A stretch of 14,229 bases of DNA from Chthoniobacteraceae bacterium (GCA_031409335.1 JANNWY010000237.1:1-14229); one strand, 5' to 3'. Counted from the first letter of the stretch, positions 6,473 to 14,229 are shown. Numbers and translations: made by a program. The notes: generated by a model not told the origin, from the sequence alone.

Positions 6473-6700
6473 GCGCCGGAGGCGCTCAGGAGATTAGCCG
6501 GTGGTGAAGCGAGGCCGCGAGCGGGAACCACCGGAACCATGTGAAAAGGAAATCCGCCCCGGCAGGGGCGATGGCATTCCGGTCACGCGTGCGGTTCCAG
6601 CGCTCCTGCCGGGGCGCATTGGTGTTTGTGAATTCAATCCGGTGGTTCCCGCTCGCGGACTCGCTTTACCACCGGCTATTTTCCGTCGTGCCTCCGGCAC
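6473..6700. repeat. Long palindromic REP-like/miniature element, family C (multi-hairpin arms)
   Basis: Termini GCGCCGGAGGCGC / GTGCCTCCGGCAC. Arms 6495-6535 and 6638-6678 are reverse complements at 39/41 positions. Inner arms are CGCCCCGGCAGGGGCG / CGCTCCTGCCGGGGCG. Confidence 0.9.
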
Positions 6701-6744
6701 CGCCGAACCGGCATGTGTCGTAGTCTATGCGAGCGCCTCATCAG

Positions 6745-6903
6745 TAGCTCGGTTCCTTTGCGGGGTCTGGAGAAGTCCGGGGTGAATACGGTGTGGCGGA
6801 ACAGCTTTACCACAAGGCTCTCGCGATTTTCACCGCCACTCTCCCCGCAAAACATCCGAGCGTCATCCAATGCCAGAGCAACTACCGGCAGCTTGTGAGG
6901 TAG
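6745..6903 (+). pseudogene. C-terminal remnant of a tetratricopeptide-repeat protein
   Basis: Manual translation ...RGEYGVAEQLYHKALAIFTATLPAKHPSVIQCQSNYRQLVR* resembles kinesin-light-chain-type TPRs (GxYxxAExLYxxALxIxxxxLxxxHP). There are in-frame stops at 6721 and 6742 and no credible start. Confidence 0.65.
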
Positions 6904-7031
6904 ATGCCTTCGTCCGCGTCTTCCGATACGACAGCCAGGAAACAGAAAACGACCGTAAGAACCACTGATGCCACTTGCCCATTGAGCAAAGATGACGGCT
7001 CCAGCGGGACGTGCATCGCACGCCAGCGACG

Positions 7032-7099
7032 AAGTAGTCCGCGACTTCAGACGCCCAAAACGTGGCCACGGTGTAGCCGACTAAAGTCGCGGACTACTT
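7032..7099. repeat. GTAG-type REP inverted doublet (REPIN), family D
   Basis: AAGTAGTCCGCGACTTCAGACGC (7032-7054) faces CGACTAAAGTCGCGGACTACTT (7078-7099). Each unit is a GTAG tetranucleotide plus a short hairpin (CGACTTYAGTCG). Confidence 0.82.
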
Positions 7100-7164
7100 T
7101 GCCGCAGCCCTCGCACGCAGCCATTCCGAAGCAGTCCGCTCCCATTGGCGCATGGGTATGATGC

Positions 7165-8271
7165 CTAACCCGTCGCGAGCTTTTCCAGCAAGCGATCGAT
7201 ATCGACGTGGCGATCGATGAGCGACTGGATGGTGTCGATTTTCTCGGAGTCGCCGGGTAGCGTTTTCACGGTCATCGAGTGAATGGCGCTAACGACGGCG
7301 TAGCTTTCCAGCGGCGATGCGATGGCGGGAATGTCGGCGTTCGCGAGCATCTCGACGACGCGATGGGACGGCGCGAGGCTGCCCGCGAGGATGAAGCCCG
7401 CGAGCGAAATTCCGTGCTGCCCGCCCGACGCAATCGCGAGCGTGGCTTCGACGACGTCTTCCCGATCGCCGGGTGTGATCACGAGCGTCCCCTGGCGGAA
7501 ATGCTGGATCACATCCGTGGAATTCACCGCCCCGATGATGATCTTTTGCACCCGGCGGCGGCTCTTGTTTTTCCCGTGAACGAACTCGCCTTTGATCGTC
7601 TTGCAGATTTGCCCGAGCGTCGCATTCGCGAGTAGCGGCTCCTCGGGGATCACGCCGAGCAGCTCGATGCCGAGCCGCGCGAAACCGCGCCGCGCGAAGT
7701 CGCGGACGTATTCGAATTTGTCCTTGAGCACCTTGTTCAAAATCACGCCAACGACTTCGACGCCCTCTTGGTCGAAGAGCGCCTTGTTCAGCGCGATCTC
7801 GTCGATCGGCTGGCCGATGCCGCCGCGGGTGACGAGGATGACTTTGCTTTCCAGCAGCTTCGCGACGCGCGCATTCGACAGGTCGAAAACGCTGCCGACG
7901 CCCGCGTGGCCGGTGCCTTCAATGATGACGAAATCTTTTTCCCAAGCAGCGCGGTCGAACGAATTCTGGATGTGGCGGACGAGGTGGTCGTTGTTGGAAT
8001 GCTCGATGTAACGCCGCGTGAAATCCGGCTCGACCGCGATCGGGCTCATCGCCTCCAGCGGCGTCTGCACACCGAACGTCTCGTCGATCAGCACCGAATC
8101 CTCGTCGATGCGCCGCCCTTCCACTTCGACGAAGCGCTGGCCGACTGGCTTGATGAAACCGATGCGCCCGATCCGTTTTCGCAGCGCGCCAAAAAGTCCG
8201 AGCGAGACGGTGGTTTTGCCGTCGTTCTGTTTTGTGGCCGCGACGAAGAGGCGTTGAGTGACGTTGTTCAT
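7165..8271 (-). CDS. BioD-like P-loop (AAA_26) plus DRTGG domain protein, homologous to the N-terminal region of long Pta enzymes
   Basis: P-loop ATKQNDGKTT, GFIKPVGQ, IIEGTGH, GVILNKV, LLGVIP and DRTGG-like LVITPGDREDV. It starts 17 nt downstream of pta. Confidence 0.9.
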   Translation of the reverse strand: MNNVTQRLFVAATKQNDGKTTVSLGLFGALRKRIGRIGFIKPVGQRFVEVEGRRIDEDSVLIDETFGVQTPLEAMSPIAVEPDFTRRYIEHSNNDHLVRHIQNSFDRAAWEKDFVIIEGTGHAGVGSVFDLSNARVAKLLESKVILVTRGGIGQPIDEIALNKALFDQEGVEVVGVILNKVLKDKFEYVRDFARRGFARLGIELLGVIPEEPLLANATLGQICKTIKGEFVHGKNKSRRRVQKIIIGAVNSTDVIQHFRQGTLVITPGDREDVVEATLAIASGGQHGISLAGFILAGSLAPSHRVVEMLANADIPAIASPLESYAVVSAIHSMTVKTLPGDSEKIDTIQSLIDRHVDIDRLLEKLATG

Positions 8272-8288
8272 CGTTCAATAAACGACGC

Positions 8289-9323
8289 TCAACTTTCCGT
8301 CGGATACAGCTTCCGATATTCAATCGCCTGCAAGCCAAGGATCGCCGCGACGCCGAGGATTTCATCCTCCGTCGCACCGCGCGAAAGCTCCGCGCAGGGC
8401 TTCGAGAGGCCGAGCAGGATTTGGCCGTAAGATTCCGCACCAGCGAGATATTGCACGAGTTTGAGGCCGATGTTGCCCGCGTTGAGGTCGGGGAAAATGA
8501 GCACGTTCGCCCGACCGGCCACGAGGCTGCCGGCGGCTTTTTTTTCCGCGAGATCGGGGAGCAGCGCGGAGTCCGCCTGGAGTTCGCCGTCGATTTCCAT
8601 CTCGATGTGCAGTTCGTCCGCCTTCTTTTTCGCGAGCGCCGTGGCGGCAGCGATCTTCGCGGGCGACGCGAGATGTCCGCCGCTTTTCGTGGTGAAGCTG
8701 AGCAGCGCCACGCGCGGTTTGTTGCCCGTGAGCTGCCGGCAAATCGTCCCGGTCTGCACCGCGATCGTTGCCAGTTGCTCGATCGTCGGATCGGGGATGA
8801 CGGCGCAATCCGCAAACAGCATCACGCCGCGCTCGCCGTAGCGACGGTTCGACAAATCGAGCATCGTGCAGCTCGAGATGCTCGTCGTGTTCGGCAGCGG
8901 TTTGATGAGTTGAATGATCGGCCGCAGCGCGCTCGCCTTCGTCTCGCTCGCACCAGTCACGAGCCCGTCCGCCTGGCCGTACTGCACCATCATCGCCGCG
9001 AAATAATCCGGCCGCGAGATCAGCTCGCGCGCGTCCTTTTCGCCGAGATCGTGATAGCGCTTCAGCACTTCGAGCCGCTTCACAAACGTCGGCAGATCCA
9101 CGGAAGTCGCGGGCTCGATGATGCCGATGTGATCGAGGCTCACATTCTCCGCCGCGGCCACGCGCTCCACTTCCTCGCGCTTGCCGAGCAGGATGGGCGC
9201 GCCGATTTTCAACCGCACAAAACGCGCCGCTGCCCGCAGCACGCGCGGCTCCGTCCCCTCGGGAAAAACGATGCGCTTCGGGTGGCGCTGCAACTTGGTG
9301 AAGACCGTGTCGATGAACTTCAT
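8289..9323 (-). CDS. pta: Phosphate acetyl/acyltransferase (short, catalytic-domain-only), divergent
   Basis: KRIVFPEG, ADGLVTGA, FADCAVIPDPT, PRVALLSF, IDGELQADSAL, AGRANVLIFPDLNAGNIG, KP..LSRG. Confidence 0.88.
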   Translation of the reverse strand: MKFIDTVFTKLQRHPKRIVFPEGTEPRVLRAAARFVRLKIGAPILLGKREEVERVAAAENVSLDHIGIIEPATSVDLPTFVKRLEVLKRYHDLGEKDARELISRPDYFAAMMVQYGQADGLVTGASETKASALRPIIQLIKPLPNTTSISSCTMLDLSNRRYGERGVMLFADCAVIPDPTIEQLATIAVQTGTICRQLTGNKPRVALLSFTTKSGGHLASPAKIAAATALAKKKADELHIEMEIDGELQADSALLPDLAEKKAAGSLVAGRANVLIFPDLNAGNIGLKLVQYLAGAESYGQILLGLSKPCAELSRGATEDEILGVAAILGLQAIEYRKLYPTES

Positions 9324-9466
9324 GGGGCGGGGAGTGTTGAGGGGTGATTTGAACGTGTCGAGTATCGAGTCGCTGGCGGGAAAGTGGGAAGTCAGCAGTA
9401 AGCAGTTGACCGGGGCAAGCTCTTCAAAGACTTCCGAGTTCGCCGGTTTTACTGCTCACTCCATCC

Positions 9467-10270
9467 ATGCTTTCGCAACTCGCCGACTACCACGTTCACA
9501 CGCCGCTCTGCCATCACGCGAAAGGCTGGCCGGTCGAATTCGCGGCGCGCGCCGTGGCGCTCGGGCTCGGCGAACTTGGCTTCGCGGATCACAATCCGAT
9601 GCCGGAGCGTTTCGATGACTGGCGGATGTTGCGCGAGGATTTGCCGCGCTATTTGGCGGAGGTGGAAAAGGCCCGCGCGTTATATCCGCAGCTCACGATC
9701 CGGCTCGGGCTGGAGTGCGATTTTCTCGCGGGCCGCGAGGCGTGGATCGAGGAGCTGCGGACGATGGCGGACTGGGATTTTTTCATCGGCAGCGTTCACT
9801 ATCTCGGCGACGGTACGGAGGTGGATCATCCGCAGGCGATCAAACGCTACGCGGACGGCGAGACGGGCGCGATTTGGGATGCGTATTGGAAAACGTATGA
9901 GCGCATGGTGCGCAGCGGGCTGTTCGATTTTGTGGGCCATCCCGATTTGCCGAAAAAATTTGGCTTCGTTCCCGAGGGCGATTTGCGGCGCTTCTACGAT
10001 CCCGTGATCGCCGCGCTCGCGGAGACGGACACGCCTTTCGAGATCAATACCGCTGGCTGGAGAAAGCAGTGCGCCGAGCAATATCCCGCGCGGCAATTCC
10101 TCGACCTCGCCCGCGCCGCGAACGTGCCGCTGCTGATCAATTCCGACGCGCACGATGTCGCCGAACTCACCGCCGGCTTCGCCGAAGCCGTCGCGCTCGC
10201 GAAAGATGCGGGCTTCACGCACACCGTTCGTTTTGCAAAGCGCGTGAAATCGCTCGTGCCGCTGCCGTGA
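9467..10270 (+). CDS. PHP-family phosphatase, histidinol-phosphatase HisJ/HisK type
   Basis: DYHVHT, GFADH, GLECD, IGSVH, GHPDLPK, EINTAG and NSDAH metal-binding motifs are all present. Confidence 0.9.
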   Translation: MLSQLADYHVHTPLCHHAKGWPVEFAARAVALGLGELGFADHNPMPERFDDWRMLREDLPRYLAEVEKARALYPQLTIRLGLECDFLAGREAWIEELRTMADWDFFIGSVHYLGDGTEVDHPQAIKRYADGETGAIWDAYWKTYERMVRSGLFDFVGHPDLPKKFGFVPEGDLRRFYDPVIAALAETDTPFEINTAGWRKQCAEQYPARQFLDLARAANVPLLINSDAHDVAELTAGFAEAVALAKDAGFTHTVRFAKRVKSLVPLP

Positions 10271-11100
10271 AGCTCGTCGCGCGCGGCACCACGCTCGAAT
10301 TTCCACGACGCCCGCTCGTCATGGGCATCGTGAATCTCGTCGCAGATTCGTTTTCCGGAGACGGCATCGTGGACATCGATCGCGCGATCGAGCGGGCGCG
10401 CGAGATGGTGGGAGAAGGCGCGGACATCATCGACATCGGCGCGGAAAGCGCGCGGACGAATCGCGCCGCCATGAGCGAAGAGGAGGAAGCCGCGCAACTC
10501 GTGCGCTTCATCAAGCGATGGGATTCGCCCGTGATGCTTTCCATCAATACGTGGCGCCCCGCCGTCGCCCGCGCCGCGCTGAAAGTCGGCGGACATTTGC
10601 TCAACGACATCGGCGGCCTTCCCACCGATGAAAACGCGCGCATCTGCGCGGAGACCGGCGCGGCGCTGCTCATCATGCACAGCATCGGCGAGCCGAAGGT
10701 CGCGCACACGCACGTCGGCTACGACGACATCCTCGCGCGGCTCGACGATTTCTTTCCGGAAAAAATCGCGCTCGCGCTGAATGCGGGCGTCCCGCGCGAA
10801 TCCATCGTCATCGACCCCGGCATCGACTTTGCGAAGCAGCGCGACGACAATCTGCGCATCTACCGCGAGCTCGCTTTCCTCACGAAATTCGACCGCCCCA
10901 TCCTGCTCCCGATCTCGCGCAAAAGCGTCATCGGCCAGACGCTCGGCATCAAAAATCCCACCGACCGCGACGCCGCGACCATCGCCTGTCTCGTGCAGGG
11001 GATGCTGCAAGGCGCGCACATTTTCCGCGTACACAATGTCCGCGCCGCGGCGCAGGCCGTCCGCATCGTCGAGGCCGTGGAGCGCGGAGTTTCCGCATGA
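10267..11100 (+). CDS. folP: Dihydropteroate synthase family protein, atypical loops
   Basis: VMGIVN...DSFS, GADIIDIGAES, LNDI, IMH, IVIDPG, SRKS, IFRVH. The GTG start at 10267 overlaps the upstream stop (GTGA); the ORF-track 5' extension is spurious. Confidence 0.9.
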   Translation: MKLVARGTTLEFPRRPLVMGIVNLVADSFSGDGIVDIDRAIERAREMVGEGADIIDIGAESARTNRAAMSEEEEAAQLVRFIKRWDSPVMLSINTWRPAVARAALKVGGHLLNDIGGLPTDENARICAETGAALLIMHSIGEPKVAHTHVGYDDILARLDDFFPEKIALALNAGVPRESIVIDPGIDFAKQRDDNLRIYRELAFLTKFDRPILLPISRKSVIGQTLGIKNPTDRDAATIACLVQGMLQGAHIFRVHNVRAAAQAVRIVEAVERGVSA

Positions 11101-12797
11101 ACGCGCTCTCGCTCCCGCTGCTCGCGAAAGAACTCACCGAGATCGCGGCGCGGCGGCGCACCTACATCACGCGCGTGGTTTATGCGCTGCTGCTGTTCGG
11201 ATTTTTCGTCGGGATGAATGAATCGACGCTGACCAGCGCGATGCGGAATCCGCTCTACGCAATGGGCACGGGGCAGGACATGTTTGAGGTGCTGATCGTC
11301 CTCCAGCTCATAGGCATTTGCCTCTTCCTGCCCGCGTTCACCGCCGGGCTCATCACGCAGGAAAAGGAGCGCGATTCCCTCGTGCTGCTGCTGCTAACCG
11401 AGCTGACGCCGTGGCAAATCCTCCTGCAAAAACTCGGCAGTGGACTCGTCTCCATTTTCTCCTTCCTGCTCATCGGGATGCCGCTCGCTGCGCTCTGCTA
11501 CGCGTACGGCGGCATCTCGCCGGAGCACCTTTTTCAAGGCATCGCCGTGCTCTTTTTAACGTGCCTGCAAGTCGCCACGTTCGCGCTGCTCTGCTCCACG
11601 CTCGCGCGCACGACGGTCGGTGCATTCATCGCCACATACGTCGGTGCTGGGCTTTTCATCGGTGCCGTGGCGCTGGCGGGTTGGGCCACGTATTACGTCA
11701 TCCACGGGCGGGACTCGGACGATTACACCGAACTTTTCATGCACGTCTTCCCCCCGATGCTGCTCGATCACAGCGATCTGCCGATCTGGCGGACGCTCGT
11801 CCTTTCCATCGCGCCGCTCTTCACCACGTTCGCCTTCCTGCTGCTCGCGCGTTTTTTCTTCGTGCGTCGCGCTTTCGCCCCGCCGCGCAATCGTTTGCTC
11901 GGGCTCTTCCGCCGGCTCGATGCGGCGGCGCAGCGCGGCAATCGGCTGCTCGGAAACGTCACCTTTCGCGCCCGCGAACGCGCATTACCCGATGACGATC
12001 CGATCGCGTGGCGCGAGATGACGCGGACCGCGCTTGGGCGTCCGCACTACCTCGTGCGCCTGCTCGTCGGGCTGGAAATCCTCACCGTCTCGCTCTGCCT
12101 CTGGGCAGTGAAAGAGGGCGTCTCAGACCGCGACAGCGAATTCCTTTCGCTGCTCGTCGCTTCACTCGGAACGCTGGCAGTGCTCGCACTATCCGCGTTG
12201 GCCGCGAATGCCTTCGTGTCCGAACGCATCAGCCAGACGCTCGAAGTTCTGCTCACCACGCCGCTCATCGCGCGCGACATCGTGCGGCAGAAGGCGCGAA
12301 TGCTAACGCGGTTCATGTGGGTCGTGGCGGTGCCGATCGCCACGATTTTTGCGGTCGAAGCATGGGTCGAAACCGGCGTGTCGCGCTGGCAGCGCGGCGT
12401 GCAAATGCCGGTCAATTCCCTCGTCTATCTCACGTGGTCACTCCTGAGCCTCGCGATTTATCTCCCGCTCGTCTTGTGGCTCTCGCTCTGGATCGGGCTG
12501 AAAATGCGCACGCGTTTTCGCGCCATCCTCACCGCGCTCGGCGTCATCGTCGGATGGTGCGTCCTGCCGATCGTGATCGGCGTGATTTGCAGGATCGATC
12601 CGGGCGCGTGGCAAACTGCATTGCTCGCGCTCTCGCCGCTCGCCGTTCCCGCCATGAATGAATTCGGCGGGATGCACGACCTTTTCCGGCACATGGAAAA
12701 TCTCGGTCCGGCGCTAAATTTTTTCTTCTACGGAATCCTCGTCCTCGTCTTCCGCGCACTCTGCTTGCGGCGGGCGGATCGTTATTTGAGAAATTGA
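11097..12797 (+). CDS. Polytopic membrane protein, internally duplicated ABC-2-type permease
   Basis: Many hydrophobic segments and two homologous halves (PLLAKEL...ITQEKERDSLVLLLLTELTPWQILLQK and PIAWREM...FVSERISQTLEVLLTTPLIARDIVRQK). ATGA overlap with folP. Confidence 0.85.
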   Translation: MNALSLPLLAKELTEIAARRRTYITRVVYALLLFGFFVGMNESTLTSAMRNPLYAMGTGQDMFEVLIVLQLIGICLFLPAFTAGLITQEKERDSLVLLLLTELTPWQILLQKLGSGLVSIFSFLLIGMPLAALCYAYGGISPEHLFQGIAVLFLTCLQVATFALLCSTLARTTVGAFIATYVGAGLFIGAVALAGWATYYVIHGRDSDDYTELFMHVFPPMLLDHSDLPIWRTLVLSIAPLFTTFAFLLLARFFFVRRAFAPPRNRLLGLFRRLDAAAQRGNRLLGNVTFRARERALPDDDPIAWREMTRTALGRPHYLVRLLVGLEILTVSLCLWAVKEGVSDRDSEFLSLLVASLGTLAVLALSALAANAFVSERISQTLEVLLTTPLIARDIVRQKARMLTRFMWVVAVPIATIFAVEAWVETGVSRWQRGVQMPVNSLVYLTWSLLSLAIYLPLVLWLSLWIGLKMRTRFRAILTALGVIVGWCVLPIVIGVICRIDPGAWQTALLALSPLAVPAMNEFGGMHDLFRHMENLGPALNFFFYGILVLVFRALCLRRADRYLRN

Positions 12798-12803
12798 ATC
12801 GCG

Positions 12804-14229
12804 CTACTGCGCTGGCCAGCGCCAGGCCCAATCGAATTGGGTCGAGTCCGATTTCTTTTCGCCGATCGCGCCGCCGTCGTCGGCGCCGTTGGCGGCGACG
12901 GAGTAGAGCAGGAATTTTCCATCCGCCGTGCGGCGATAGTGCAGCGGCTCGCCGGTCATCACATCGTGCGGCAGCGTGGAAACGTAGCGCGGCACCAGGC
13001 TCGCGAGCGTTTCGGGATATGCACCTTCCGCGAGGCGGCATCGCTCCAGCGCACAAGCGAGCGCGGAAAGGTGCAGCGCGGTGTGCGCGTGGAGGAACTT
13101 TTTTTCCACATTCGTGATGGCCGGAATCATCGTCTGGTAGAGCAGATAAATGTGCTGCTTCACGATGGAGCGGGAAATCGCCTGCAACTCGGCGTCCGTT
13201 TCGCCCGTGTCGTGAAAACGCGCCGCTTTCCCATCGAACCTCGCGGGAAATTGATCGTAAAACCGGTTGATCGCGAGCTGGTTCAGCGAAATCCAGCCGG
13301 GGATTTTCGGGATGGCGCGCAGGAGCATTTGCCGCGCGGGGTCTCCGTCGAGGCCCATCTCCGCACCACTAAACGGTGTCTTCCCGGCGCGTGCGTTATC
13401 CAGTGCATCATTCATCCAGGCGCGCTCGGCGCTGAATGCGAACAACGCGTCGGCAACCAAATCGAGACCAGCAACATCGCTTTGGATCTTTTCGAGCGAG
13501 GCGGTGTCCCACGCACCGGTCACCACGCCTTCCCACACGCCGCTCACGGCAATTTGCAAAACCGAAATCCGCACGAGACCGGAGATCAGCGTGGGCTCTT
13601 TTTCCACGGCGCGATACAGGCGCAGCAGCCCGCGCAACTCCGCATCCGCCGCCACGGTATTTCGCTGCGCGAGATGCGCCGACAGACGAAGGCCGTGAAT
13701 GCTCGCGGCTTTTTGGATCTGCCCCAAATGCGGGAGCAACGCCGCAAAACCGAGTTCCCACTTCACCGGAAAAACCGCGTGCGGTCGGCGCTCTGCTTCC
13801 GCGAGTTCCGCCAAGTCCGGGCCGAACCGATGCTCGATCGCGCGCAAGACATCCGCCGCCGGATCGGCGCTCGCGGCGGGAAGATCGCCCGTTTTCAAGA
13901 AGGACGCCTGCCAATCCGCCAGACGGCAAAGAGTCGCCGTACTGAAGGCCGTATGCCGCGCCTCTTTTTCCCGCTGCGGGAAATTGAGATCGAGCGCCTC
14001 GGACGCCTTTTTCCGTACCGCTTCGTCCTCAGAAAAGAGATTCGCGAAGAGCGGGACGGTGGCGAAGTTTTCCGCGTCGGGCACGGGCGCGGGCAGCAGC
14101 TCCGGCAAACTCATCTTCACACCCCGCGCGCGCGCTTCCTCGGAATAACGCTCCCAAGCGGTGCGGCCCGCCGAATTCGCTCCGACAAAGAGCGCCGCGC
14201 CGCAGTGACGACGGTGGCGATGAAGAGGC
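12804..14229 (-). CDS. Membrane-anchored hypothetical protein with GspG/pseudopilin-like C-terminal domain (5' end beyond window, probable frameshift near 14200)
   Basis: C-terminus LACALERCRLAEGAYPETLASLVPRY..LPHDVMTGEPLHYR...FLLYSVAANGADDGG. The frame is open upstream of 14120 (AALFVGANSAGRTAWERYSEEARARG), but the preceding hydrophobic stretch LFIATVVTA is in another frame. Confidence 0.78.
   Translation of the reverse strand, partial: PLHRHRRHCGAALFVGANSAGRTAWERYSEEARARGVKMSLPELLPAPVPDAENFATVPLFANLFSEDEAVRKKASEALDLNFPQREKEARHTAFSTATLCRLADWQASFLKTGDLPAASADPAADVLRAIEHRFGPDLAELAEAERRPHAVFPVKWELGFAALLPHLGQIQKAASIHGLRLSAHLAQRNTVAADAELRGLLRLYRAVEKEPTLISGLVRISVLQIAVSGVWEGVVTGAWDTASLEKIQSDVAGLDLVADALFAFSAERAWMNDALDNARAGKTPFSGAEMGLDGDPARQMLLRAIPKIPGWISLNQLAINRFYDQFPARFDGKAARFHDTGETDAELQAISRSIVKQHIYLLYQTMIPAITNVEKKFLHAHTALHLSALACALERCRLAEGAYPETLASLVPRYVSTLPHDVMTGEPLHYRRTADGKFLLYSVAANGADDGGAIGEKKSDSTQFDWAWRWPAQ

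Noticed and set aside
6494..6785. Short ORFs across the family-C palindrome
   Set aside because: They are translations of a non-coding inverted repeat with no protein-family features.
6882..7016. Possible 44-aa minus-strand peptide MHVPLEPSSLLNGQVASVVLTVVFCFLAVVSEDADEGIYLTSCR with a hydrophobic core (type I toxin-like)
   Set aside because: No RBS or promoter support, acidic rather than basic tail, overlap with the TPR remnant, and no recognisable family; it cannot be distinguished from chance.
7279..14148. Numerous long antisense or alternate-frame ORFs over pta, the PHP gene, folP, the permease and the last gene
   Set aside because: They are Arg/Ala/Pro-rich shadow frames expected in high-GC coding DNA, each overlapping a gene with clear family motifs.

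Overview
GC-rich bacterial window. Gene content (PEP-CTERM protein, DUF1552, duplicated ABC-2 permease, GspG-like C-terminal protein) suggests Verrucomicrobiota or another PVC organism; this is inferred, not searched. From left to right: the left end of an IS3-family element (1-141) that interrupts a signal-peptide gene; an AraC regulator divergent from an atypical xylose-isomerase-family gene; a 197-bp palindromic repeat element; a stand-alone DUF1552 gene; and a six-repeat NHL/PEP-CTERM surface protein. A ~1.9-kb accessory zone follows (5251-7164). It holds three more REP-like palindrome families, a VapBC module with a dead toxin, an internally deleted RAYT (Y1 transposase) element and a TPR gene remnant. 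The right half looks housekeeping: a split pta operon (catalytic gene plus a BioD/DRTGG gene), a translationally coupled PHP phosphatase - atypical folP - permease operon, and a convergent GspG-like gene with an apparent frameshift near its 5' end. The best candidate for an undescribed system is the toxin-antitoxin cassette bracketed by two copies of one REP family next to its cognate RAYT remnant. Three enzymes (XylA-like, Pta, FolP) also carry substitutions at normally conserved active-site positions. All calls come from manual motif reading; no database search was run.
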